Origin: a virus
Lineage: Duplodnaviria; Caudoviricetes
Virus record (IMG/VR): IMGVR_UViG_3300025598_000001
Coordinates: 2,195-66,194 of that record
Strand: one strand, 5' to 3'
DNA: 64,000 bases
The notes below the pieces were generated by a model. The model was given only the letters and a program-made list of their open reading frames with translations, was not told the origin of the DNA and ran no database searches. Of the stretch, positions 45,861 to 54,875 are shown one piece after another. The first letter of the stretch is position 1, and each line of letters opens with the position of its first letter. Made by a program: the position numbers and the translations under genes.

Positions 45861-48379
45861 TCTTTAGTTTTCTCCTTAGGTTGCTGTTTAGCTTGTGCTT
45901 CTAACTGCTGGTCAGCTAGGTGCCTAGCATGTCCATGGTCAGCTAATGTCTTAGCTGCTTCAAACTGATGTTCCATCTGACGTCCACGTTGTTGATTGTG
46001 GATATCAGCTGCCTTAGACATTGCGTTCAAATCGGCTGTCTTCATAGCAGTTTGTGCTTGCAACTGCATTTTTTCACGCTCTAACTGCAACTGTTGTTGC
46101 TTGAGCTGCATCTCTGCTTGGTCTTTCTGTTGCTGAGCTTGCTGAGCTTGTTGCTTTAATTGCAACTCTTGTTGCTGCATTTGAATCAGAGGATCTTGTG
46201 CTTGCTGTTGTGCCTGTTGTTGCTGGACTTGCGCTTGGTTATTCTGCAATAACTTAACTGCGGCTTGTGCCAACAACGGAGCGAGCTGAGCTTCTACTTG
46301 TGGATCTAAATGTATATCATCGCCACTTTCGTCTGTCTGAGCAGGCAATGTAGAACCAAGTTGTTTTTCAATCTCGACACGATACTGGAAGCCTAAGTGC
46401 TCGTTAATATGCGCCATCATAGCTGCTTGAATCTGCTGCGCCATTGGATTGTTTTGCAACAACTGAGCAATCTTAGGATCCTGCATTGCACTCATGTGCA
46501 CAGTAATATGTGCTTGGTGGTCTTGGTATGCAAAAGCTTTTGACGGTTTAAGCATCAATATGTTTTGATTTTCCGTAACTGGATCTGTCGGTTTCTGGTC
46601 TTCGTCCATCGGAACGAGTTTGTGTGCATTCTTAATCCCCAATACATCGAGCATCTGGCGATAGAGGAGAGGCATGTTGAAAAGCTGGGGCGAGCCTTGA
46701 GCCAACTGAAATACCGCTTGGTACTGTACGATCTTTTGCGCCATCGTACTTGCATTAGGATCGCTGACTGGAATGACATCGACGTTATCGTAGTCGCTTT
46801 TCTTCGCCTTACGATCGCCTTCGACTGGGTCATAGTTATAGTCCTCTGGTGCGTACTCAGCAATAATATGCTTGAGCAGTTTGAGTTCTTGTTTTAATGA
46901 GAAGTGAATACGTGCCTGAACAGCAGACATCACTTTTAATGTGCGCTCTAAGATTGCCAGCGTTGTACCAACTGGGGCGTTGGCTGACATATCTGATAGG
47001 TTCAAATCGGCAGTATTCGCAAAGCGACGTCCTTCCTCAATGATCTTATCCATCAATCCTGCTAGGACTTGGCTTGGCTCCTTGTATGGGAGGGGCATGA
47101 TGTTGTCACGCATTGCGCCAGACGGAACATCAACATCTCTCCATTCTCCGGGGGCAATTGGAGTATCGTCCCCTTTGACACGCAACCCACGGGTCTTAAA
47201 GCCGCCCGGCAAATTGGATAGTGTCCCTGCATCGACCAACTGACGAATAATGGAAGTGCCACTTTTAGCATAAGCGCCAATAAGGTGGATGAGACCAAAA
47301 CAATAAAAACCAAAACCGGGAATATACCCGTAGTGTACGAAGTGTTGTCTTTTCTTTTTAAGTTCATCATCTGGTTCCCAGTTTCTGCGGATAGATAGAA
47401 CGGTCATTGTGCCCTTCTCGATTGTCACTACATATGGCAGTGCAATACCGGTGGGTTCACCGTTGTCATCCTTATCTTCAAAGCCCGGCAAGTCGAGGTC
47501 GACGTGCATCTCAAGAACTTTATATCTACTATCTGTTGTGGCTCTAAAGCCCAACTTCTCAGCAATCTTCTTCTCAACTTCATCTAGTGAGCTATGTGGG
47601 TCGCCCAAGTCAACGTCACGATATAAGCCATTAACCTGTAGGATCCTAAGCTCATTCTCTGTTTTGCGCATCACGTGCGTTACACGTGGCGAGCTAGCTA
47701 AGTCAGACGCACCATAAGGTACTACCATGTCTTCAGCTGGAACATACATTGCAACCTGACGACCTAATGCTGCATCGTAGTAAATCTTTTTGAACGCATT
47801 ACCAGCAAGACCTAAACCCCATAACATACGCTCCATCTCTGGGCGATATTCAGGCATCTCTTCGGTCAACTGATAGTTCATGTCATCTTGGACACGCTCA
47901 GCTGCTTCTTTCTTGTCTTGGGTTTCTTTACCAACGATAAGTGTCTTAACTGGACCCATTGCTGGGAAAATAGACATCATAGTTTCTGCTTGGAACTTAA
48001 CCAATGCTTCTGCAAGGAGTGGATGGTAGACTCCACAAGCGCCTTCCCACGGCTCAGCTCGTTCTTCAATTTTAAGGCCCAAGAGTTCTAAGCCATCCAC
48101 GTAGGTTTGAATCCAATCTTTACGTGAGCCGACGTCTTCGTCAAAGTCACCAATCAGATCACCAGCAAGTTGTGTAAGATCACCCTCGCTAATATATTCG
48201 GCTAGGTTATCGTTAAACCCTTCTTCGCCATCATGTTCTTTTTCTAAAACAACTTCTAATCCATCCATGCCAATTCTGACTGACTCTGGATCCTCAATCT
48301 CAATCTCTAATGGTGATTCTTGTTGCGCTAATTCCTCGATACCTTGAGGTGCTGCATACATTGCCTTATCTATTGCCAT
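45857..48379 (-). CDS. Portal protein
   Basis: 840 aa after terminase; PWEGA...HPLLAEA, GNAFKK.YYD, FYCFGLIHLIG, PVSDPN; Q-rich C-terminal coil. Confidence 0.9.
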   Translation of the reverse strand: MAIDKAMYAAPQGIEELAQQESPLEIEIEDPESVRIGMDGLEVVLEKEHDGEEGFNDNLAEYISEGDLTQLAGDLIGDFDEDVGSRKDWIQTYVDGLELLGLKIEERAEPWEGACGVYHPLLAEALVKFQAETMMSIFPAMGPVKTLIVGKETQDKKEAAERVQDDMNYQLTEEMPEYRPEMERMLWGLGLAGNAFKKIYYDAALGRQVAMYVPAEDMVVPYGASDLASSPRVTHVMRKTENELRILQVNGLYRDVDLGDPHSSLDEVEKKIAEKLGFRATTDSRYKVLEMHVDLDLPGFEDKDDNGEPTGIALPYVVTIEKGTMTVLSIRRNWEPDDELKKKRQHFVHYGYIPGFGFYCFGLIHLIGAYAKSGTSIIRQLVDAGTLSNLPGGFKTRGLRVKGDDTPIAPGEWRDVDVPSGAMRDNIMPLPYKEPSQVLAGLMDKIIEEGRRFANTADLNLSDMSANAPVGTTLAILERTLKVMSAVQARIHFSLKQELKLLKHIIAEYAPEDYNYDPVEGDRKAKKSDYDNVDVIPVSDPNASTMAQKIVQYQAVFQLAQGSPQLFNMPLLYRQMLDVLGIKNAHKLVPMDEDQKPTDPVTENQNILMLKPSKAFAYQDHQAHITVHMSAMQDPKIAQLLQNNPMAQQIQAAMMAHINEHLGFQYRVEIEKQLGSTLPAQTDESGDDIHLDPQVEAQLAPLLAQAAVKLLQNNQAQVQQQQAQQQAQDPLIQMQQQELQLKQQAQQAQQQKDQAEMQLKQQQLQLEREKMQLQAQTAMKTADLNAMSKAADIHNQQRGRQMEHQFEAAKTLADHGHARHLADQQLEAQAKQQPKEKTKE

Positions 48380-48388
48380 AATTTATCC

Positions 48389-49954
48389 TTAGTAGTACGC
48401 TTTTCTAGCGCTCTTAAAATACCTAATCTCATCCGGCTCATCGCTTGGCAAGCGGATAAAGCCACCATTTCTAAACCGCATTAGTGCCATGACCGTGGAG
48501 TCCACTAAGTCATCATGACTCATAAATGGGAATCCTGCAATCTCCTCCACCAACTCTTCAGCCCAACGAGTTTCCGGAACCCAAACTAAACTGGAACGGA
48601 TAATATCTGCTACGCTGTTAAGTCTTGCTAGTTTATCACCGGAACCCCTATGTGGGGTATATTCCTGCACGGCTAACCCAGTTCTACGCAATTCTTGATA
48701 TAACGCAGTGCCCGCTGACTTTTTCTCCACTATAAATACATCTGGTGCCCACTCTCTGTATTCATTTAGTGCCAAGTCTTTTAACTCTGGAAACTCTAAA
48801 CGCTTCTTAATACTGTTTAATAAGATGATGTTGTAGGCGCCGTTCTCGTCATTCATGAACACGCCCCACGTTGTTAGCGCAGTAAAGTCGGCCCGGTTGT
48901 GGGTTTCTGCTGCAGCGTCAAGGGACATGATGATGTATTCACACTGAGGTGGTCTTTCGCTTTTCCACCATTGCCACCATTCCCTTTTGACGACGGAGGC
49001 TTCTTCGGCGGTTGGATTCTGTTGGTATTGAGCGTTCCATTGGAACACAGGCATAGAGGCCTTAGTTTGACGCAAAGCGGGTAAAGGCATCCACTCAGGC
49101 CATAAAGCACGTTCTTCTGGGGTGTTCTCGTTAAAGATTGCAGGGAACTCAACAACTTCATACTGGTCAGCTTCCTCGTTTTGAACCATGTCACGCTTAA
49201 CTCTACCACTCAAATCATCTTGGTGCCAACGAGTTTGAACAATCGCAACACGGCCTCCCGGCATAAGACGAGTACGAGCACCGTAAGTGAACCACTCATA
49301 AGCCTTCTCGAAAACATCGAAGTTTCCGTTAATAATATCTTGTTCGTTATGTGGATCGTCAACCAAGAGTAAATCGGCACCACGACCTGCCAAAGCAGAA
49401 CCCACACCACAAGCGTAATACTCGCCGCCAGCATTAGTATTCCAGCGCCCAGCAGACTTGTTATCCTGTGCCAAATTGACTGTTGGAAATACCGTTTTAT
49501 AAAGGGGGTTGTCAATTATGTTCCTCACTTTTCGTCCAAAGTCCACCGCTAAATCGGTGGTGTGTGACACCATTAGTACCTTTTTATCTGGGTATTTACC
49601 CAAAAACCATGCCGGAAAATAGATAGAAACAAGCTGGGATTTACCATGACGAGGTGGAATATTGACGCAAACACGGTGCTTATTACCTTCTGCAATGTCC
49701 ATTAGCAGGTCTGCAAGGCGTCTATGATGCTTGCCAACCTTGTAATCTGGTTGCATTTTCTTACAAAATTCTATCAAATCTAGCCTACAAGCCCTAGAAC
49801 TTTTGCGTTTTGCTAGTTCATCGACTACTAATTCTAGCTCTTCTGCTTCATTTTCATCAAATTTGTCAAGATTTTTAGCTAAAAACTCTAGCTCGGCATC
49901 AGTTAACGAAGAAAGTGCGTCAGTTTCCAGTATTTCCATCTGACTTTTCCTCAT
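48389..49954 (-). CDS. terL: Terminase large subunit
   Basis: IPPRHGKS Walker A, GRGADLLLVDDP, QTRWH.DDL, YQQNP, SLDAA, IVEKK.AG, HDDLVDS. Confidence 0.95.
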   Translation of the reverse strand: MRKSQMEILETDALSSLTDAELEFLAKNLDKFDENEAEELELVVDELAKRKSSRACRLDLIEFCKKMQPDYKVGKHHRRLADLLMDIAEGNKHRVCVNIPPRHGKSQLVSIYFPAWFLGKYPDKKVLMVSHTTDLAVDFGRKVRNIIDNPLYKTVFPTVNLAQDNKSAGRWNTNAGGEYYACGVGSALAGRGADLLLVDDPHNEQDIINGNFDVFEKAYEWFTYGARTRLMPGGRVAIVQTRWHQDDLSGRVKRDMVQNEEADQYEVVEFPAIFNENTPEERALWPEWMPLPALRQTKASMPVFQWNAQYQQNPTAEEASVVKREWWQWWKSERPPQCEYIIMSLDAAAETHNRADFTALTTWGVFMNDENGAYNIILLNSIKKRLEFPELKDLALNEYREWAPDVFIVEKKSAGTALYQELRRTGLAVQEYTPHRGSGDKLARLNSVADIIRSSLVWVPETRWAEELVEEIAGFPFMSHDDLVDSTVMALMRFRNGGFIRLPSDEPDEIRYFKSARKAYY

Positions 49955-50534
49955 CTGGGCCTAGTTCTGCGTCTAAATCTATGGTTTCGCCGTTGACTTT
50001 GACCTCTTTTACGTCTTCTACATCAACAGGGTGCATCAAACGTTGTATTTTCGCACGTACAGACTCTAAAAGATCTTGTGTTGAGCGGTTATTAATAGTG
50101 ACTTCGCTCTTCTCAGTAAACAAACCAACGTCTGTGATCTTACCAAGTAGTTCTAAAGCACGTAAACGGGTGCGATCGTCTGGTGAATCGCTATCTAGAA
50201 TGAGTTTATTAGTAACAAGGAGCCGAATCTGCATGGCATTTTCAACAACACGGGTGCTGTACTCGTCCAAAACCTTTTTAACCTCACCATAAGCTGCAGG
50301 TTTAAGGTCTTTCTTGACTAATTTTTTGTTTGCTTTTTCTTCGTTAGAAGCAATAGCGTATGTAGTTTGCTCAGCTACTTCTTTATCTTTTTCAGTCGGC
50401 GTCATATCCAGCCCCAGTAGTTCCGCAGAATTACAGGCTGCTTGTGCCTTCTCAATAAAGTTTGCTAACACCGGATTGTCTTCCGGGAATGCTATTGCCA
50501 AGTCCGGCTCTACGTGTAATTGCATCAAAGTCAA
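49920..50534 (-). CDS. Putative terminase small subunit
   Basis: Directly upstream of terL; RLRALELLGK...VGLF motif. Confidence 0.6.
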   Translation of the reverse strand: MTLMQLHVEPDLAIAFPEDNPVLANFIEKAQAACNSAELLGLDMTPTEKDKEVAEQTTYAIASNEEKANKKLVKKDLKPAAYGEVKKVLDEYSTRVVENAMQIRLLVTNKLILDSDSPDDRTRLRALELLGKITDVGLFTEKSEVTINNRSTQDLLESVRAKIQRLMHPVDVEDVKEVKVNGETIDLDAELGPDEEKSDGNTGN

Positions 50535-50564
50535 GTCCGACGTGATTGCGATGTTGCAAGTGTA

Positions 50565-50936
50565 CTACACTTTTTTCTTTCTGCGTCTCTTTTTTGCAAC
50601 AGTTCGTTCTTCGTGGTGGTGGATCCTGTGACAATTTGCACATAAGGGGATACATTTTTTGATTTCTTCCTTGGCCGCCTTATAGTTACCAAGCTGGGCT
50701 AGACGGTTTACAGAACGGTGGTCTGTTCTATCTACGTGGTGAAAGTCGATTGCAGCGGGATGGTCGAATCCGCAATTCGTACACTTAAATGTACTTTTAA
50801 ATGCATACCACTCTTCACGCTTCTGGCGTTTTAGAGCGGCTGCTTTCTTCTTTACTTCTTCTGTATTTGCTTCGTAATGCTTACGGGAGTACTCTTTGTG
50901 TTTGCTTTTTCTTACGCTCGGATCTTTGTACGGCAT
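50565..50936 (-). CDS. HNH endonuclease
   Basis: CTNCG...DFHH...KCIPLCANCHRIHH; start at MPYKD. Confidence 0.85.
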   Translation of the reverse strand: MPYKDPSVRKSKHKEYSRKHYEANTEEVKKKAAALKRQKREEWYAFKSTFKCTNCGFDHPAAIDFHHVDRTDHRSVNRLAQLGNYKAAKEEIKKCIPLCANCHRIHHHEERTVAKKRRRKKKV

Positions 50937-51369
50937 CAGGATGCACCTTATATTTCCAATATATTGCGTTTCTAAAAGACCACGGATTACCGGGTTTATA
51001 AATCTTGAAACCACATGATATAAGAGAATTGGCACTTGCGGGATTATTTGTTGTATCTGTGATAACCCAACTCCAACCTAACTTCTTAGCTTGAGCTAAC
51101 CGAGCTTTAATAAGACGCTTTTGTAACCCTTTACCTGTGTATTCATACAACACACCTGCTCTACATAAGTAGCCTGTATCGCTCCATTGAATCGATCTCA
51201 CTAGACCTGCAAAGCCCACGGGCTTGCCATCCTCTGTGTATGCAATCCACCAATGCCCACGTGTCGGTTGATAAACCGAATCCGACGGAAGAATTTTTTT
51301 CTGCAGGAAAACTAGGAGGCTTTGAACTGACGAGTTCCTTATGTCTACTTTTCTTACTATGAAATTCAT
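50881..51369 (-). CDS. GNAT acetyltransferase
   Basis: VGFAG, YLCRAGV..EYTGKGLQKRLI, NPASANSL..CGF. Confidence 0.88.
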   Translation of the reverse strand: MNFIVRKVDIRNSSVQSLLVFLQKKILPSDSVYQPTRGHWWIAYTEDGKPVGFAGLVRSIQWSDTGYLCRAGVLYEYTGKGLQKRLIKARLAQAKKLGWSWVITDTTNNPASANSLISCGFKIYKPGNPWSFRNAIYWKYKVHPDAVQRSERKKKQTQRVLP

Positions 51370-51622
51370 GCAGCTTCTCCTTGGGGGTCATTCTCAAATT
51401 TTACATATAAAAAATTTTGGGGGTATGGCATTTTTATGACAAGGGGGGCCTTCGCTATATTAGGGTAAACCCTGTAGCCCAATACTGCGGGCCGAAACCG
51501 AAAAGTTGGGTTTGTCTCGTGCGAATTAGTAGTCCTACAGAGTGTAACAATCCTTTTTTTAAAAAGTGGGGGGTGGGGGTGCTATATAGGGCTAGAATCG
51601 GCGTGGTTTAAAAGAGCCATTC

Positions 51623-51640
51623 AGATGTAAAGTTACATCT
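51623..51640. promoter_or_regulatory. 18-bp palindromic operator, copy 1
   Basis: AGATGTAA-AG-TTACATCT just upstream of a -35. Confidence 0.75.
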
Positions 51641-51644
51641 AAAC

Positions 51645-51673
51645 TTGCAAACGATATCAAACTCTGTTAAAGT
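51645..51673 (+). promoter_or_regulatory. Putative sigma70 promoter
   Basis: TTGCAA-17-TAAAGT with extended -10 TG. Confidence 0.6.
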
Positions 51674-51724
51674 ATTACTTATGGATCGGGGCATATTGCT
51701 TACGACATACTGAAGGAGAATCAA

Positions 51725-52309
51725 ATGAAACAAGTAAACGCAATCGAAGCTCAAGTAAAAGCATTAGCTAATACTAAGCCCGTAGAGAAAGCAGTAAGCA
51801 TTAACGATAGTGAGAAAGCTCTGATTATTGAGTTCGTGCAAGTAGCGAATCAGGCTACAAACAAGAACCAACAACTGGCTGAATTGCTATATGCCAATGG
51901 CAAGCGTAGCTATCACTTTGTAGGTGCTAACGACGAAGATAAATCGTTAGTGGCTTTCCGTAATCAAGTGATCGGTTACATTGTGCAGGGTTTTGATAAA
52001 GATGCTCAAAAGCTCTATAGTGCAGAACCAAAGTCTTTAAATATGACTAAGCAAGTGGAAAGGACTGTATTAACTACTAAAACCATTCCTACCTTGTTTG
52101 GCAATATTAAAAAGGCAATGGTCAAACTTGAAGGCAATATCGCATCAGGTAAAACCGAAAAGGCAAAACCTAAAACTCAAGAACAAATGGCTCGCTATTA
52201 TGTTAAGAAAGCCCTTGAGTCAATAGGCAAGTGCAAGAATGGTTGGGAAGGTATGCTCAAGGATAAGCAAGCCCTTGAAGCCCTTGCAGTATTGAAACAA
52301 GTTAAGTAA
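51725..52309 (+). CDS. Hypothetical early protein, own transcription unit
   Basis: RBS GAAGGAGAATC, upstream promoter and downstream terminator. Confidence 0.8.
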   Translation: MKQVNAIEAQVKALANTKPVEKAVSINDSEKALIIEFVQVANQATNKNQQLAELLYANGKRSYHFVGANDEDKSLVAFRNQVIGYIVQGFDKDAQKLYSAEPKSLNMTKQVERTVLTTKTIPTLFGNIKKAMVKLEGNIASGKTEKAKPKTQEQMARYYVKKALESIGKCKNGWEGMLKDKQALEALAVLKQVK

Positions 52310-52330
52310 TACATCTAGTAGTAACTTAAC

Positions 52331-52355
52331 AGCCACCCTTCGGGGTGGCTTTTTT
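52331..52355 (+). terminator. Rho-independent terminator
   Basis: AGCCACCC-TTCG-GGGTGGCT plus T-tract. Confidence 0.92.
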
Positions 52356-52369
52356 GCGTCCTAATTTTT

Positions 52370-52570
52370 GGCTGTAACCTTACAGCCATATTGATACCAG
52401 TGACTTGAAGCAGCGTTAAGCATAGGGTCATCAGGGTCGTTTGGTCATGTGTTTAGGTGTTAACCTGTGCACAGGTTAACAGTATTTTTTGGCTTTGTCA
52501 ATAGGGTAGATGTAAGGTTACATCTAAGATACCAGTGACTTTAAGCAGCATAAAGCATAGGGTTAACCCT
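52370..52570. repeat. Two operator-plus-36-bp direct-repeat units flanking a perfect 24-bp palindrome
   Basis: GATACCAGTGACTT(G/T)AAGCAGC..AAGCATAGGGT at 52393-52428 and 52528-52563; TGTTAACCTGTGCACAGGTTAACA at 52458-52481. Confidence 0.85.
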
Positions 52571-52572
52571 TA

Positions 52573-52764
52573 TATTGTTCCAGTTGTTCCTGATAAAGTT
52601 CCTGAAAAAACCCTTATAAATCAATAAAGTGCCTAAAGTTCCAAAAGTTCCAGCACTTTTTGGGTTTGGGCAAAATCAAACCTGAAAGAAGCACTCTTTT
52701 TACTCAGACCTTTTTGGAACCAAAGCCTATTTACCTTGGAACTTTTGGAACATATGGAACAATA
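52573..52764. repeat. Inverted GTTCC/GGAAC array, candidate replication origin
   Basis: GTTCC at 52577, 52586, 52598, 52638, 52647; GGAAC at 52716, 52738, 52747, 52756; mostly 9-bp spacing. Confidence 0.65.
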
Positions 52765-52825
52765 TTAGAAATCATATACTTAGCTGGCTACAACCAAAGC
52801 ACTAATAGGGACAAATACTGTTTAA

Positions 52826-52854
52826 TTGACCTTGATAGACTTTGACAGTATAAT
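52826..52854 (+). promoter_or_regulatory. Sigma70 promoter
   Basis: TTGACC-17-TATAAT; operator copy at 52892-52909 downstream. Confidence 0.8.
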
Positions 52855-52948
52855 ATTTATATGGATTGGGAATTGTCAGCTCGACCATTGCAGATGTAAC
52901 TTTACATCTAAGTTATTAACTGACAAACAACTTAACAGGAGAATCACT

Positions 52949-53158
52949 ATGTCAAAAGTAAATCATCTATGTAGACAATGTGGCGACAGTATCGACACTC
53001 GCCGTTGGGCATTAGGTTATAAACATTGTCTTTTTTGTGGTGAGGAGTTAGCCAAGCAAAAGAAGTTCACCATTGCACCGATGAACAAGAGCAACTACTT
53101 CTGTATCACAGACCCCGAATTGCTAAAGCAGTTAAATCCTAAACGCACAGGAGAATAA
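52949..53158 (+). CDS. C4 zinc-finger protein (DksA/TraR-like spacing)
   Basis: CRQCGDSIDTRR...CLFC; RBS AACAGGAGAAT before MSKV. Confidence 0.65.
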   Translation: MSKVNHLCRQCGDSIDTRRWALGYKHCLFCGEELAKQKKFTIAPMNKSNYFCITDPELLKQLNPKRTGE

Positions 53159-53159
53159 C

Positions 53160-53378
53160 ATGAGCCTACACGCAACCAAAGCATCACGCAAACGCTTATC
53201 TTTAATCGAGGAAGCCAACGCTAACGCATTGAGTAACAGAATCAAAGAGTTAGAAACCGAGGAAGCCAAGCGCAGACTCATTGCCGAATCTAACCCATTG
53301 CTTTATCTGTTTGGCTATGCACTTAACCCAAAGACCTATTTAGAAACCTACACAGGAGAAGAAGATGAGAGTAACTAA
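53160..53378 (+). CDS. Hypothetical protein
   Basis: RBS ACAGGAGAAT. Confidence 0.65.
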   Translation: MSLHATKASRKRLSLIEEANANALSNRIKELETEEAKRRLIAESNPLLYLFGYALNPKTYLETYTGEEDESN

Positions 53379-53649
53379 AGTAAAACCTGTATCACTAAGT
53401 AAGCCAGTAACAAGGCGCACTAAGTTCGTGTATCAGTCGGACATTGATCCCGCAGTCATAATCCATTCGAACAAAACGCACCGAACTGTTGACGAAGCAT
53501 TTAGAACGGCTGACTATGCCACACCAATATGGCGGTGTGAAACCGATTGGGATAAGTTATTACCTATTTTGAAATGGGTAGCGATTTGGTTCGGCACTTT
53601 GTGGCTATTGTATGAATTGGCAGTATGGTTTGAAAGGGTAATCAAATGA
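53365..53649 (+). CDS. Hypothetical protein with C-terminal TM helix
   Basis: RBS ACAGGAGAA; RTVDEAFR.ADYA; hydrophobic end. Confidence 0.65.
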   Translation: MRVTKVKPVSLSKPVTRRTKFVYQSDIDPAVIIHSNKTHRTVDEAFRTADYATPIWRCETDWDKLLPILKWVAIWFGTLWLLYELAVWFERVIK

Positions 53650-53798
53650 GGACAGGAGATATCAAGCGTATCAATGGTCGGATTTATTGCATCATTGGTT
53701 GGAGTGATGGATTAGTGCATCTTCAATCAATGGATGAGGAGAAGTATTTCCTGACGATACCCCGCACCCATTTCGGTGGGCTGAAAACTGGACAGTAG
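53646..53798 (+). CDS. Hypothetical protein, 50 aa (not in ORF track)
   Basis: ATGA overlap; MRTGDIKRINGRIYCIIGWSDGLVHLQSMDEEK... Confidence 0.55.
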   Translation: MRTGDIKRINGRIYCIIGWSDGLVHLQSMDEEKYFLTIPRTHFGGLKTGQ

Positions 53799-53817
53799 TG
53801 TCAAAGTCTTCTATAAT
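53789..53817 (+). promoter_or_regulatory. Sigma70 promoter
   Basis: TGGACA-17-TATAAT. Confidence 0.7.
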
Positions 53818-53870
53818 ATATTATAGAGTGGTAAAGCGTAGTAAATATTATTAACAACAGGAGAATCATC

Positions 53871-54824
53871 ATGAGTATAAGTCATTACAATGCGGCTGGA
53901 GTAAACACACGCAACAGTTTCAATACACCGCCAAGCAATAACGGAAGTAACCTTACATCTGAAGTAGAGGTTGGGTCGATACCATCAATCAGTAGTAGCG
54001 CAATGCTGGTCGAGCTAAACCTTAGCGTATGGACAGGGCGCAAGTTTGATAAACAAGTTAGTGCCGAGATCGATACACAGAAGCACACATCAACTCGGGC
54101 TGGTAACTATAACAAGAAGCTATTTGCTGATGAGCCAGTCTTTGATGCAATCGGTAAACACGCTGGCAATACACGAACCTATCACTATCATGCGACTATG
54201 CCATGGTCAGATAGCGGACTGCGCCTACTAACTACTAGTATGTTCTTTGATTATCAGAAGCAGATCACCCAGTATGAAGCCGATTTCAACGGCAAGGTGG
54301 CAGACTTCTTGAACCAATATGACAAGCTGGTATTGCAAGCGCAGATGAAGCTAGGCAGTCTATTCAATCCCGAGGACTATCCCGACGCTGAATCAATCCG
54401 AGATAAGTTTAAGTTCTCGGTGAAGTATTGCCCTGTGCCTGAGGTCGGCGATTGGCGCATTGATGTTGGCAATGAAGCACAAGCACTGCTAAAGACAAGC
54501 TATGCCAACTACTATCAAGCCAACCTAGAACAAGCATACAAAGATGTATGGGATAGAACACATGAAGCACTTACTAATATGAGTAGCAAGCTGGCTGGTA
54601 ATAAGAAGCAGATATTCAGAGATACATTAGTGTCGAATGTAACCGAGATGATCGGGCTATTGGATAAGTTCAATGTAACTGGCGACACAAAAATGAAGCT
54701 AGCTAAAGCCAAGCTCGAATCTGTAATGCTCGGCATTACACCTGATGCACTGAGAGAAGATGACTACTTGCGCCTAGATACAAAGACGAAAGTAGATTCA
54801 TTATTAAAAGAGTTTTCGTGGTAA
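53871..54824 (+). CDS. DUF3150-like protein
   Basis: SSAMLVELNLSVWTGRK.D, TMPWSDSG.RLL, LGSLFN.EDYP; upstream of the AAA/vWA pair. Confidence 0.7.
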   Translation: MSISHYNAAGVNTRNSFNTPPSNNGSNLTSEVEVGSIPSISSSAMLVELNLSVWTGRKFDKQVSAEIDTQKHTSTRAGNYNKKLFADEPVFDAIGKHAGNTRTYHYHATMPWSDSGLRLLTTSMFFDYQKQITQYEADFNGKVADFLNQYDKLVLQAQMKLGSLFNPEDYPDAESIRDKFKFSVKYCPVPEVGDWRIDVGNEAQALLKTSYANYYQANLEQAYKDVWDRTHEALTNMSSKLAGNKKQIFRDTLVSNVTEMIGLLDKFNVTGDTKMKLAKAKLESVMLGITPDALREDDYLRLDTKTKVDSLLKEFSW

Positions 54825-54875
54825 CCGCAGTTCCTCACAATCGTAGCACCTATTAACAACATAAGGAGAATCATC

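Noticed and set aside
9540-50292. Many (+) strand ORFs opposite structural genes (e.g. 11980-12621, 45483-45968)
   Set aside because: Antisense shadows of long, motif-bearing genes, with no RBS or recognisable motifs.
51417-51611. 64-aa ORF in the divergent region
   Set aside because: TTG start, no RBS, homopolymer-rich; more likely non-coding.
52370-52570. 36-bp direct repeats as a mini-CRISPR
   Set aside because: Only two copies, about 100 bp apart, and the intervening DNA is itself palindromic.
52660-52948. ORF 52660-52845 and the 5' part of ORF 52826-53158
   Set aside because: They run through the repeat array, promoter and operator; the RBS supports a start at 52949.
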